DNA of 63,402 bases, the filler included, from Coriobacteriales bacterium (lineage in GTDB: Bacteria; Actinomycetota; Coriobacteriia; Coriobacteriales; UBA8131), in assembly GCA_031263105.1 (NCBI GenBank). It is 7 parts of 7 records of this genome, joined end to end, with 100 filler letters (N's around TTAATTAATTAA, not from the genome) between each part and the next. Parts side by side here need not be neighbours in the genome. Positions count along the whole stretch, not along the records: positions 28,974 to 35,741 come from JAISGJ010000203.1; positions 35,842 to 45,675 come from JAISGJ010000045.1; 5 more parts are not named here. The stretch is one strand, 5' to 3'. Shown piece after piece: positions 29,249 to 39,176 of this stretch. Position 1 is the stretch's first letter. Each line of letters starts with the position of its first letter. Both the position numbers and the translations under genes were made by a program. Under the pieces are notes generated by a model. The model was given only the letters and a program-made list of their open reading frames with translations. It was not told the DNA's origin and made no database searches.

Positions 29249-30130
29249 TCAGATGCCCTCCCCCGTCCCGATCTTCCAGACGCCTCGCTCGCGGAAGGCG
29301 GGGATGGTCTGGCGGCGGGCGGCGTTGAGCTGCGCATTGGGCGCAAGGCCCGCCTCACGCGCATGGTCGGTGAGCCTCACGATGCGCTGCCCGCGCAGGT
29401 AGGCGAGCCGCTTGTGCAGCGACTCGCGCAGGGCCCGCGAGAGCAACAGGGCCATGCCCTCGATGGCGTGGGAGTCGGCGTAGTCCTGGAACAGCGGGTA
29501 ATAGTCGCGCTGTTTGCCCTTGCTCCGGATGATGACGGGCGGATATCCCAGGGCGGCAAGTTGCAGGTTGACAAGGACGCGCCCCATGCGGCCGTTGCCG
29601 TCACAGAACGGGTGGATGCTCTCGAACTCGAGGTGGAAGTGGGCGACGGCATCGACGAAGTAACGGTCGTGCCCGCTGTGGTACGTGGCGATGAGCGCAT
29701 CGAGCAGGCCTGGGACGAACTCGGGCGGCGGTGCGATATGCCTGCCCACACGCACGTACTCGCCCTCGCCGCGCAGCCTTCCGGCGTATGCGTCGTTGAT
29801 GCCGCCGAGCAGCATCCGGTGGAGCAGCGTGAGGTTCTCGACGCTCAGGGGAAGCTGCGGCCGGTCGTCGAGGTATTCGATGACGCGCGCAAGGTTCTTT
29901 GCCTCGAAGAGCTCGCGGACGCTGACGGAACGCATGGCCTCCTGCTCCAGCAGGATGCGCTCGGTGTCCTTGAGGCTGAGCGTCGAGTTCTCGATGGCAT
30001 TGGAGTTGTAGACCTGCTCCGGCAGCTCGCTTTCCGCAAGCAGGCCGAGAAGGGACTCCCTGCCCGGCCTGAGCAGCTCGTACTCCTTCCTGAGCGCGGC
30101 TATCTGTTGCTGTGTCCTCTCGTCAATCAT
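29249..30130 (-). CDS. Fic family protein (class II, N-terminal inhibitory helix)
   Basis: HPFCDGNGRMGR catalytic motif; SNAIEN inhibitory motif. Confidence 0.92.
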   Translation of the reverse strand: MIDERTQQQIAALRKEYELLRPGRESLLGLLAESELPEQVYNSNAIENSTLSLKDTERILLEQEAMRSVSVRELFEAKNLARVIEYLDDRPQLPLSVENLTLLHRMLLGGINDAYAGRLRGEGEYVRVGRHIAPPPEFVPGLLDALIATYHSGHDRYFVDAVAHFHLEFESIHPFCDGNGRMGRVLVNLQLAALGYPPVIIRSKGKQRDYYPLFQDYADSHAIEGMALLLSRALRESLHKRLAYLRGQRIVRLTDHAREAGLAPNAQLNAARRQTIPAFRERGVWKIGTGEGI

Positions 30131-30205
30131 GGGCACTATGGTACACGATTCACGCTGAGTTAGCAAATCTGCGTGAATTTTAACCAAATTTTCATAAAAT
30201 TCACG

Positions 30206-30363
30206 GTTACTGGCCACACCCCCACTGTCATCCCGAGCCTGCCGAGGGATCTTCGACCGCGCAAGCGGTCGACTGCGGCTGAAAGGCGCTTCAACCTGCG
30301 GTCGGCTGCCTTGCAGCCGAGGATCCCGCGGCAGGCTCGGGATGACAGTGGGGGTGTCAGTAA
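30206..30363. mobile_element. Family A MITE
   Basis: GTTACTGGCCACACCCCCACTGTCAT...ATGACAGTGGGGGTGTCAGTAA. Confidence 0.88.
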
Positions 30364-30469
30364 TGAACTGCCCCGCAGCAAGCTGCGGGGTATCTCGTAG
30401 GACAAAGGGCATTGCACCGCCCACGGCGGTGTTTGCGCCCCAAGGGGCGGGGTATGTAGCCATGCAAGA
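30364..30469 (-). mobile_element. Miniature IS200/IS605-like element (PATE-like)
   Basis: Hairpins CCCCGCAGC-AA-GCTGCGGGG and GCCCC-AA-GGGGC; on the minus strand it follows TTGAT and ends in TTCA. Confidence 0.5.
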
Positions 30470-30499
30470 ATCAAATTCACGGTCGCTGGCCCTCCTTCC

Positions 30500-31459
30500 C
30501 TACCGTCGCCCCAGCACGAAGGGCTTGCTGAGGTAGTCGCGCACGAAGGTCTCGACGACGGTTCCTGCCTTCGCTTTGGGGAACACGGCGAACGTGTTGC
30601 AGAAATACTCGTCGAACTTGATGAGGTCCGTCCGTTCGACCACCCAGGGCGTCAGCAGCGGGTTGTCGTTGTCGCCGTAGTTGGCACAGATGAAGGCGCT
30701 GTTGCCGGGCTCGCTGGAGTAGAAGCCCTTGGGGTTGTCGGCCTCGTGGAAGTCATAGGCAGGGTTGAATCCGCCGAAGCGCTGGCAGAACTTGGCAAAG
30801 CTGTTGCGGAAGTGGTCCAGATGGCGCTCCGCCTGGGCCATGAACTTGAGGTTGTGGCAGTCGGCGATCGTCGGACGTGACGCGCTGCTCGCCAGCAACG
30901 GGTTGCCCTTGCTCACAGCCAAACAGAGCTCGCCGCGAAACGCAGGAATCGACACGGCCTCAAGTTCCTCGGGCACATTGACCATGACGGACTCGTCGAC
31001 CGTACCGAACCCATAGACCCAACCGATGTCAAGGCTCCCCTGTTCGAACATCTCCCAGTAGCTCTTGCCGGACTTGGGCGCGACGTACTTGAAGCTCACG
31101 CTCTCGTTGTCGGCCACGAAGCGGTTCTCGCAGCGCGACAGGAAGTCATAGGGCAAGGGGGAGAAGGATATGTCGTGCACGGCTATGACGGTATGGGTCT
31201 CTCTCCGCGCGGCCTTGGCATACTCGGCCATCCCGTCATATGCCCTGAGCATGTCGGTGACATAGGCCCGCACCCTGATTCCCTCGGGGGTCAGCGAGAC
31301 CGGCTTGGTGCGCAGTATCAGCTTGAGCCTCAGCTCCTTTTCAAGCATGTCCATGTGCCGGCTCAACGACGGCTGCGACGTGTTGAGCATCCGTGCCGCC
31401 TCGCTGAAGTTCTTGGCGATCGACAAGGCCATGAACTCACGCAGGGTCTCTATCTGCAT
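30500..31459 (-). CDS. LysR family transcriptional regulator
   Basis: NFSEAARMLNTSQPSLSRHM..LEKEL...LTPEG. Confidence 0.92.
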   Translation of the reverse strand: MQIETLREFMALSIAKNFSEAARMLNTSQPSLSRHMDMLEKELRLKLILRTKPVSLTPEGIRVRAYVTDMLRAYDGMAEYAKAARRETHTVIAVHDISFSPLPYDFLSRCENRFVADNESVSFKYVAPKSGKSYWEMFEQGSLDIGWVYGFGTVDESVMVNVPEELEAVSIPAFRGELCLAVSKGNPLLASSASRPTIADCHNLKFMAQAERHLDHFRNSFAKFCQRFGGFNPAYDFHEADNPKGFYSSEPGNSAFICANYGDNDNPLLTPWVVERTDLIKFDEYFCNTFAVFPKAKAGTVVETFVRDYLSKPFVLGRR

Positions 31460-31543
31460 AGGCTCCTCCTACACCTCAAAGACATACCGACCCAAACCCG
31501 AAGCACTCCGCCAACAACCCGAAGCACCACATCAAAGACCATG

Positions 31544-31560
31544 TATTCAGAATCTGAATA
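31544..31560. promoter_or_regulatory. Probable LysR binding site
   Basis: Palindrome TATTCAGA-A-TCTGAATA containing T-N11-A, in the divergent intergenic region. Confidence 0.6.
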
Positions 31561-31683
31561 GTATAGCACGTCGTTTGCCGCCCTCGTATTCGACTCGCGA
31601 GAAAATCGCATTTGTAGTATTCAGCCGCCCTTTGCCACGATGTCCCCGTAAGGTTACGGGCCTATAGAGGCGTCGATTTATCC

Positions 31684-31771
31684 TGTCATTGCGAGCGAAG
31701 CGAAGCAATCCAGCCTGTGGCCCGCAGGTTACGAACTGGATTGCTTCGTCGCTTCGCTCCTCGCAATGACG
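31684..31771. repeat. CGTC/TGTC-type REP doublet
   Basis: GTCATTGCGAGCGAAGCGAAGCAATCCAG...CTGGATTGCTTCGTCGCTTCGCTCCTCGCAATGAC. Confidence 0.85.
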
Positions 31772-31821
31772 GGAAGGGGATTAATCGGCGCTTCTGGCGC
31801 CCATCGGTCTAAGGAGAGCAT

Positions 31822-34305
31822 ATGGAAAGAACGGAGCGGACAGACGTACCGGAGCGAGGCCTGACACGGAGGGGCTTCCTCAAGACGACCGCAGCGGCGG
31901 CCGGCACGGCAGCGTTGGCAAGCCAGTGGGGATGCAGCTTCACGTCGTCGCAGGCCTCCGTAGGCGGAGGCGACGAGCAGACGTATCGGAACCTCTGCCG
32001 CGTGGGCTGTGTCACGGGGTGCTTCCTCAACGTGCACGTGCGCGAGGGCAAGGTGGTCAAGACCAGCCTGGCGGACGTGCCGGACCAGTGCTACAAGCGC
32101 GCCTGCCTGCGCGGGCTTTCGCATGTCCAGGTGCTCTACTCGCCGTTGCGCAACAAGTACCCGCTCAAACGTGCGGGCGAGCGCGGCTCAGGCGAATGGG
32201 AGCAGATAAGCTGGGACCAGGCCGTCGAGGAGATATCCGGCAAGCTGAACGAGGTGCGCGAGGCATACGGCCCCCGTGGCAATGCGGCCATGTCCAACGG
32301 CGGAAACGTCGCCGTGCTCAGCGGCACCTTCGGCGCCCAGCGGTTCAAGAACGCCATGGAGATGCAGAGCATCGGCAACTGCGTCGACTTCGGCTGCATG
32401 CCGGGCCTTACGCGGGTCTACGGTGCCGGGGGCTCGTACGGCAAGTCGGCCGAGTCCTCTGATTTGGAGAACGCCGAGCTGTTCGTGCTCTGGGGCATGA
32501 ACCTCACCGTCACCAACTGGGACCGATGGCAGCACATGATGCGCGCCATCGACAAGGGAGCGAAGCTCGTGGTCATCGACCCCAACTACACCCCTATCGC
32601 TTCCAAGGCCGACCTCTTCGTCCCCATCCGCCCGGCATCCGACGCCGCGCTGCTCATGGCGATGATCAACCTCATGATCACCGAGAAGCGCTACGACGAA
32701 GACTTCGTGCTCAAGGCGACGGTGGCGCCCTTCCTGGTGCGCGACGACACCGGGAAGTTCGTTCGGCGCAGCGACCTGGGCATACCGCCCGACGAGGGTC
32801 CGGTGAACCCCACGACCGGCCAGCCGACGACGATAGACCCCTACGTGGTCTGGGACGAGGCCACGCGGCAGCCGCTCCCCCTTGAGGAGGCCGCCAAACC
32901 CGCCCTCAAGGGCGCGTATACCGCAAACGGCATCAAGGCACAGACGGCCTTCGACCTGCTCGCAAAGCGGGCGAGCGAGTTCAGCCTGGAGTACGCCGCC
33001 GAACAGACCGAGGTGCCGGTCGAGACCATCCGCGATCTTGTCGCCATGGAGACCGACGGCAGGACGGTCGCCAACCTGCTGGGCTTCGGCACCAACGGCT
33101 ACGACAACAGCCCCTACATGGGCCACGCCTTTGCCACCATGGTGGTGCTCGCGGGGCAGATCGGCAAGCCGGGCACCAACGCATGCTACAACCAGGAGCC
33201 GGCGCCGATCAACACCTTCAACCCTCTGTACCTGTTCCCCGACATGAAGAACATAGCCACGCCGTCCATCACCCTGCTCGACCTGCCGGAGCTCATGGAG
33301 AAGGGGACGGCGACCATCAACGGCTCGGAGCAGACGGCTCCCAAGACCCTTTGGATAAGCCACATCAACCCCTACAACAACTTCCTCAACCCCCAGACCT
33401 GGCGCGAGAAGGTGCTCCCGGGCCTGGAGATGGTGGTGGTCGTGGACAGGATCATGAGCGACTCGGCCTACTACATGGCCGATTACGTGCTGCCCGCCGC
33501 CCATTACTTCGAGCAGACCGACGTGCGCCATGCCCTGGTCTCGGCCCCCTATGCCGTCTATGCGGAGAAGGCCGTGGAACCGGCGTTCGAGGCGAAGTCC
33601 GACCTCGAGATCTTCCGGGCCTTCGCAAAACCGCTGGGCATCGAGCAGTACTTCGACAAGCCCGACGAGGAGCTGCTTGCAGAATGCCTCACCTACGAGG
33701 GCTGTCCGACGATCGAGCAGCTGAAGTCCGAGCGCGTCTACCGCTTCACCGAGCCGGGCTGGCAGCCGTACTCCATCGAGGCCGACAACATCACCACGGC
33801 CAGCAAGCGCTTCGAGTTCTACTCGGAGGCCCCCATCGGCCAGACCGGGGCGCCCCTGCCGCCCGAGCTGTTCGAGGACAACTGCCTGCCCACCTTCAAG
33901 CTGCCGCTCGAAGCCTGGCCGGACGTCGAGGGCGCAGACGAGTACCCCTTCCCGCTCATCTCCGAGCGCGACCGCGTGATGCTGCACTCGCAGTTCAGCG
34001 ACTCCTCATGGCTGCTCGAGATCGACCCGGAACCCACGGTGCGCATGAACCCCCTCGACGCCGAGCCGCGCGGCCTCAAGACCGGCGACTACGTGAGGCT
34101 CTACAACGACCGTGGCTACGGCGTCGTGAAGCTCATCGTCTCGGAAGGCCAGCACCCCGGCTCGCTCACGTGGCCCAAGGGCTGGCAGCAGCGCTCGTAC
34201 AAGGACGGCAACCTGCACAACCTCACGCTGTTGGCCTACAACCCGGTCACCGTCAACCATTCCTACACCGACTGCCATGTGAACATCGAGAAAGTGGAGG
34301 CCTGA
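31822..34305 (+). CDS. Tat-exported molybdopterin oxidoreductase catalytic subunit (DMSO reductase family)
   Basis: TRRGFLK Tat motif, CxxxCxxxC...CLRG FS0 site, WEQISWDQA, VIDP, ADYVLPA, LHSQ, MNP.DA..RG. Confidence 0.95.
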   Translation: MERTERTDVPERGLTRRGFLKTTAAAAGTAALASQWGCSFTSSQASVGGGDEQTYRNLCRVGCVTGCFLNVHVREGKVVKTSLADVPDQCYKRACLRGLSHVQVLYSPLRNKYPLKRAGERGSGEWEQISWDQAVEEISGKLNEVREAYGPRGNAAMSNGGNVAVLSGTFGAQRFKNAMEMQSIGNCVDFGCMPGLTRVYGAGGSYGKSAESSDLENAELFVLWGMNLTVTNWDRWQHMMRAIDKGAKLVVIDPNYTPIASKADLFVPIRPASDAALLMAMINLMITEKRYDEDFVLKATVAPFLVRDDTGKFVRRSDLGIPPDEGPVNPTTGQPTTIDPYVVWDEATRQPLPLEEAAKPALKGAYTANGIKAQTAFDLLAKRASEFSLEYAAEQTEVPVETIRDLVAMETDGRTVANLLGFGTNGYDNSPYMGHAFATMVVLAGQIGKPGTNACYNQEPAPINTFNPLYLFPDMKNIATPSITLLDLPELMEKGTATINGSEQTAPKTLWISHINPYNNFLNPQTWREKVLPGLEMVVVVDRIMSDSAYYMADYVLPAAHYFEQTDVRHALVSAPYAVYAEKAVEPAFEAKSDLEIFRAFAKPLGIEQYFDKPDEELLAECLTYEGCPTIEQLKSERVYRFTEPGWQPYSIEADNITTASKRFEFYSEAPIGQTGAPLPPELFEDNCLPTFKLPLEAWPDVEGADEYPFPLISERDRVMLHSQFSDSSWLLEIDPEPTVRMNPLDAEPRGLKTGDYVRLYNDRGYGVVKLIVSEGQHPGSLTWPKGWQQRSYKDGNLHNLTLLAYNPVTVNHSYTDCHVNIEKVEA

Positions 34306-34307
34306 GC

Positions 34308-34937
34308 ATGGGCACGAAACGCTACGGCATGGTCATAGACACCAGGCGCTGCATCGGCTGCCACGGCTGCACCATCGCCTGCAAGGTCGAGAACAACGTG
34401 CCCGACGGCACCAAGTGGAACCGCATACTCACCGATGGCGGAGACGTGATCGACATGCCAGCCGGGGTCTTCCCCAAGCTGACCCTGTCCTACCTCCCGC
34501 TGAACTGCCAGCACTGCGAGAATCCCGCTTGTACGCGAGCCTGCCCGGTCGGCGCCACCTACAAGGACGAGGAGACCGGCCTGGTGCATCAGAACTACGA
34601 CACCTGCATCGGCTGCAGGATGTGCATCGCGGCATGCCCCTACACAGGCGTGCGCTCCTTCAACTGGGAGGAGCCCGCGTACTCGGTGGACTTCCCGGTC
34701 GGGGACGCCGCCGTGCCGACGCACCAGAAGCACACGGTCGAGAAGTGCGTCCTCTGCGAGCATCGCGTGGCCCGTGGCGAGGAGCCGGCCTGCATAGAGG
34801 TATGCCCCGGCCTGGCGCGTTTCTTCGGGGACCTCAACGACCCGGACAGCAGGGTCTCGCAGCTGATCCGGGAACGCACGTACAAACAGCTGCTGCCCGA
34901 GAAGGGCACCGAGCCGTCAGTCTATTACCTGGTATAG
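34308..34937 (+). CDS. 4Fe-4S electron-transfer subunit (DmsB/NrfC-like)
   Basis: CIGCHGCTIAC, CQHCENPACTRACP, CIGCRMCIAACPY, KCVLC, PACIEVCP. Confidence 0.95.
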   Translation: MGTKRYGMVIDTRRCIGCHGCTIACKVENNVPDGTKWNRILTDGGDVIDMPAGVFPKLTLSYLPLNCQHCENPACTRACPVGATYKDEETGLVHQNYDTCIGCRMCIAACPYTGVRSFNWEEPAYSVDFPVGDAAVPTHQKHTVEKCVLCEHRVARGEEPACIEVCPGLARFFGDLNDPDSRVSQLIRERTYKQLLPEKGTEPSVYYLV

Positions 34938-34950
34938 GGAGGAAATCGGA

Positions 34951-35741
34951 ATGACTGCTGAAAACAAGAAGGCTTCCCGCTCCAAGGGTCAGCTTATCGC
35001 CATCGTCGTCTGCGGTGCCATCGCCGTTGTCGGCATCGCCCTATGGATGTACCAGCTTTCTGCGGGCATGGTCAACACCAACATGCGCAACCTCGATGCA
35101 TGGGGCCTGTACCTGATCATGTTCATGCTGTTCGTCGGGCTGTCCGCAGGCGGCCTGATCATCTCGTCCGTGCCGAGGGTCTTCGGCATCGAGGGCTTCG
35201 GGCCTATCGGCAAAGTGGCCACATGGGTGTCGATCTGCTGCACGGTGCTTGCGGTGGCGTTCGTGGTGGTCGACCTCGGCGGCCCGCTGCGGGTATGGGA
35301 GCTGTTCGCCTACGCCAACATGACCTCGCCTTTGATGTGGGACATCATCGTGCTCACCGCATACCTCATCATCTCGGTGGTCTATCTCTGGGCGACGCTT
35401 CGGGCGGAGTCCGGCAAGGGCTCGCAAGGGGCGCTGAGGGCGTTGTCGGCCATCGCGCTCGTCTGCGCCGTCCTCGTGCATACCGTCACGGCCTGGATAT
35501 TCGGGCTGCAGATTGCGCACGAGTTCTGGTACACGGCGCTGCTGGGCCCGTGGTTCGTGTCCTCGGCACTCGTGAGCGGCCTTGCGCTCGTGCTGATCGT
35601 AGCGGTGGCCCTTCGTAAGGCCGGGTACCTGGAGCTTGAGAACGCCTCTGTCGTGAAGATGGCCAAGCTCCTCGGCGTGTTCACGGCCATCGACCTCTAC
35701 TTCTTCGCCTGCGACCTGTTGACCTCCGGGTTTCCCGGCGG
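34951..35741 (+). CDS. NrfD/PsrC membrane anchor, truncated by contig end
   Basis: WGLY...FVGLSAGG, DLG.P.R, SPLMWD, PWFVSSAL. Confidence 0.92.
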
Positions 35742-35841
35742 NNNNNNNNNNNNNNNNNNNNNNNNNNNNNNNNNNNNNNNNNNNNTTAATTAATTAANNN
35801 NNNNNNNNNNNNNNNNNNNNNNNNNNNNNNNNNNNNNNNNN

Positions 35842-36026
35842 CAAGCGGTCGACTGCGGGCGGATGCGCTTCGACCTGCGGTCGGCTGCTTCGCAATCGAA
35901 GATCCCTCGGCAGGCTCGGGATGACAGTGGGGGGGTCGGGATGACAGTGGGGGGGTCGGGATGACAGTGGGGGGGTCGGGATGACAGTGGGGGGGTCGGG
36001 ATGACAGTGGGGGGTGTGAACACGAC
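35842..36026. repeat. Family A right part with a 20-bp tandem array
   Basis: TCGGGATGACAGTGGGGGG unit, about 5 copies. Confidence 0.88.
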
Positions 36027-36067
36027 TGCTTACCGGGCCTGCCGGGACTCTCTCGCGTCGCTGCCGC

Positions 36068-36862
36068 TCAATGGAGCGGTATACAGACGCTTTCCTTCCT
36101 CCCTTCTCCCACTTGGACCTCGGTGACGCAGACGTCGGTGTGGTAGACCTCCTTCATGCTGCCGGTCGTGATGACCTCCGCGGGCGGCCCGTCGGCTATG
36201 AGGCGGCCCTGGTGCATGACCAGCACGCGGTCGGCACAGTAGAACGCGTGCGAGGGGTCGTGGGTGACCATCAGGACGCTGGTGCCGCCGTCGACCAGGC
36301 TGCGCATCCGGCTCAAGACGACCTGCTGGTTGCCGAAGTCCAGCGATGCCGTGGGCTCGTCCATGACCAGCACGTCCGGCTGCTGGGTGAGCGCCCGTGC
36401 TATGAGCACGAGCTGCTGCTGGCCGCCGCTGAGGCGCGTGTAGGTGCGCTCGGCAAGGTCCTGTATCCCCAGCTGCACGAGGGAGTGGTACGCGATCTGC
36501 CGGTCCTCGGCGCCCACCCGTGCCAAGCGGTTGACGTAAGGGGTGCGCCCCAGCATCACGACGTCGGCGACGCTGAAGGGGAAGGGCGGCGCATGGGCCT
36601 GCGGGATATAGGCGAAATGCCGCGCCAGCTCCCTCTCGGACATGCTGATGGCCTCGCGGCCGTCCACCACCACGGAGCCGGAGAAGGGCTTGATGAGTCC
36701 CAGCACCGCTTTGAGGGCCGTGGTCTTGCCGCAGCCGTTCGCACCGATGATGCACACGAACTCGCCGCGCCGCACCTGGAAGCTGATGCCGTGGACAACG
36801 GTCTTGCGGTGATACCCGCACACCAGGTCGCGCACCGTAAGCAAGGGGGAGGGCGTCATCAC
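36068..36862 (-). CDS. ABC transporter ATPase (FecE/MolC-like)
   Basis: GANGCGKT, LSGGQ, MDEPTASLD, VTH. Confidence 0.95.
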   Translation of the reverse strand: MMTPSPLLTVRDLVCGYHRKTVVHGISFQVRRGEFVCIIGANGCGKTTALKAVLGLIKPFSGSVVVDGREAISMSERELARHFAYIPQAHAPPFPFSVADVVMLGRTPYVNRLARVGAEDRQIAYHSLVQLGIQDLAERTYTRLSGGQQQLVLIARALTQQPDVLVMDEPTASLDFGNQQVVLSRMRSLVDGGTSVLMVTHDPSHAFYCADRVLVMHQGRLIADGPPAEVITTGSMKEVYHTDVCVTEVQVGEGRKESVCIPLH

Positions 36863-36863
36863 C

Positions 36864-37925
36864 TCACCGCCACCCGTGCATGGTGCACTTGAAGATGACC
36901 ACGAAGAACGGCACCCCGAGGATGGCCGTCAGTATGCCGATGGGTATCTCCACGCTCGACAGCAGGCGGGCAAGGTCGTCCACTATCAGCAGGAAGCTCG
37001 CGCCGAGGAACATCGCCGTCGGCAGCAGGACGCGGTAGTTCGGCCCGACTATCGCCCGTGCCAGGTGCGGCACCACCAGGCCGATCCAACCGACTATGCC
37101 GGCGATGGCGACGCTGAGCGCCGTGAGCATGGTGCTTGCGGTGATGACCAGCAGACGCGTGCGGCGCGTGTCGACGCCCATCGAGCGCGCCTCCTCGTCG
37201 CCGAAGCTCAAGACGTTGAGCTTCCAGCCTTGCAGGAGCAGGACCACGAAGCCGCATATGAAGGGGAGGATCACGACGAGGAAGTCGTGGTCGCTGACCG
37301 AGGAGAAGCTCCCCATGAGCCAAAACGTGATGGTGGGCAGCTTCTCGGTGGCATCGGCCAGGTATTTGACCAGCGACATGCCTGCCTGGAACAGGGTCGA
37401 GACGAGGATGCCGCCCAGCACGAGGCTCAAGGTGGGGTCGCTGCGCACCATGTTGCCGAACCATACGGCCAAGGCGACGGCCGCGATGCCGCCGATGAAC
37501 GCACCGACCGGCACCATCCACGAAGGCGCGTCCACAAGCAGCGCCAGGCAGGCCCCCAGGCTTGCCCCGGCCGACGCCCCCAGCAGGTCGGGCGAGACCA
37601 GAGGGTTCTTGAACATGCCCTGGTACGACGAGCCGGCGACCGCCAGGCCGGCGCCGACCAGTATGACGCAGGCTATGCGCGGCAGACGGATATTGAAGAT
37701 CACGTGGTCGATCTTGTCGGCATCGAGGCTTGCTGCTACGGTTTCCGGGTCGAAGAGGTGCCTGAAGATGCCGCCGAGCAGCTCGGGCGGGCTTACGGGA
37801 AACCTGCCCAGGGCGAAGGAGACGACGAAGACGACCGCAAGGACGGCCACAAGGCCCAGCTTGACCGCAAGCGGCACCTTCTTGCCGAAGGCAACATCGG
37901 CATCGGACTCCGTGATGGTTGTCAT
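36864..37925 (-). CDS. Type II ABC permease (FecCD/BtuC/MolB-like)
   Basis: IRLPR, FKNPLVSPDLLG, FWLMGS, GWIGLVVPHLAR, EIPIGI. Confidence 0.94.
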   Translation of the reverse strand: MTTITESDADVAFGKKVPLAVKLGLVAVLAVVFVVSFALGRFPVSPPELLGGIFRHLFDPETVAASLDADKIDHVIFNIRLPRIACVILVGAGLAVAGSSYQGMFKNPLVSPDLLGASAGASLGACLALLVDAPSWMVPVGAFIGGIAAVALAVWFGNMVRSDPTLSLVLGGILVSTLFQAGMSLVKYLADATEKLPTITFWLMGSFSSVSDHDFLVVILPFICGFVVLLLQGWKLNVLSFGDEEARSMGVDTRRTRLLVITASTMLTALSVAIAGIVGWIGLVVPHLARAIVGPNYRVLLPTAMFLGASFLLIVDDLARLLSSVEIPIGILTAILGVPFFVVIFKCTMHGWR

Positions 37926-38047
37926 GGAATATTCCATTTTGGAGCCAATGGGGGCCGTAGGGCTACGGCAGGGCTCTTTGCTTGCACTCATGGGATATCA
38001 GACCTGCGTTACACGCTCACCTATCGTCGCCTGTCGCCTGTCGCCCG

Positions 38048-38839
38048 TCATGCGGAAACGGGCTTCCACGAGATGAACGCCCAGCGGATCGGGATGCTCT
38101 CGGAGCCGAGCTCGGGGTCCGCGGTGCCGGGCCGTGTGGTGTCGATATAGCGCAGCTCGGGGTTGGCGCCCATCTGCCAAAGGATGCCCATGACGTAGAG
38201 GTAGTCGGGAAGGTAGCACGCAAGGCCCTCGGCCGCAGAGCCCAGGGCCTTGTAGCCGCGTGGGCTGTACTCGGTCGCCACCGTGACGGCGACCTTGTGA
38301 CGGGCGACCGCGTCCAGCTTCATCAGTGCGTCCCACAGGTCCTCGACCATGATGGAGCGCGAGGCGACGGCGACATCGGCGCTCTTCGGCGCGAGGCCTG
38401 CGCCCTGCCAGTCGTCTGTCCAGCTCAACGGCAGCACGTTGAGGCCGCCTATGCCCGCGCTCCGGGCACGCTCGGCAAGGGCCGTGCGCATGCCCTCGGA
38501 AAAGTCGGCCGCCGTCACCGGATGCCCCGCCTCTGCCAAAGGGAGCGCCAGCGTCCCCGTGCCGCAGCCCATGTCGAGGACGCTTTGGCCGGGCGCAAGG
38601 TCGAGCATGGCCAAGAAGGCATCCGCATACTCCGAGCGTCCGCTGTGCCTCCTGAACTCACGGGCCCTGTCGTCCCAATAGGCACAGGCATCCGGCTTGC
38701 GGCGGCGCCTGCTGCGCTCCACCCATGCTGCACGCCAATCCGTGCCTTCAAGGTGTTCCAGGACTATTCCGGCCACAACGACTCCTTTGCCTGATACGGA
38801 AGTGCCGATCACCTCACGCCACACCGCCTGGCGCAACAA
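38048..38839 (-). CDS. Class I SAM-dependent methyltransferase (start uncertain)
   Basis: VLDMGCGTG, AADFSEGM, DVAVASRS. Confidence 0.88.
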   Translation of the reverse strand: MLRQAVWREVIGTSVSGKGVVVAGIVLEHLEGTDWRAAWVERSRRRRKPDACAYWDDRAREFRRHSGRSEYADAFLAMLDLAPGQSVLDMGCGTGTLALPLAEAGHPVTAADFSEGMRTALAERARSAGIGGLNVLPLSWTDDWQGAGLAPKSADVAVASRSIMVEDLWDALMKLDAVARHKVAVTVATEYSPRGYKALGSAAEGLACYLPDYLYVMGILWQMGANPELRYIDTTRPGTADPELGSESIPIRWAFISWKPVSA

Positions 38840-38941
38840 CAGGTAATCGGCACTTCCCTAACTTTCTCAGACGGGATTATAGAGTTTTAAGTAGAAGCGC
38901 ACAAGAAGAGGTCCGCCCAACGGCGAGCGTGACGATGCGCC

Positions 38942-39113
38942 GTTACCGGTCACTCCCCACTGTCATTCCGAGTGTAGGGGCGCAAGCCCCGGAACCGAGG
39001 AATCTTTGTGCGCATCAGCGCCCAACCGGGCCAGTTGGCTGCTTCGCAGCCAAAGGTTCCTCACGCTCGGGCTTCGCCCTCGGTTCGGAATGACAGGGGG
39101 TGTGGCGAGCAAC
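38942..39113. mobile_element. Family A variant element
   Basis: GTTAC...GCAAC ends; flanks GATGCGCC / GCTGCGTC (6/8). Confidence 0.8.
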
Positions 39114-39176
39114 GCTGCGTCTGCTGCCTGTCTGCCGCCTGTCCTTTTCGTCAAAAATCTACCCAAAAGCCAAACC

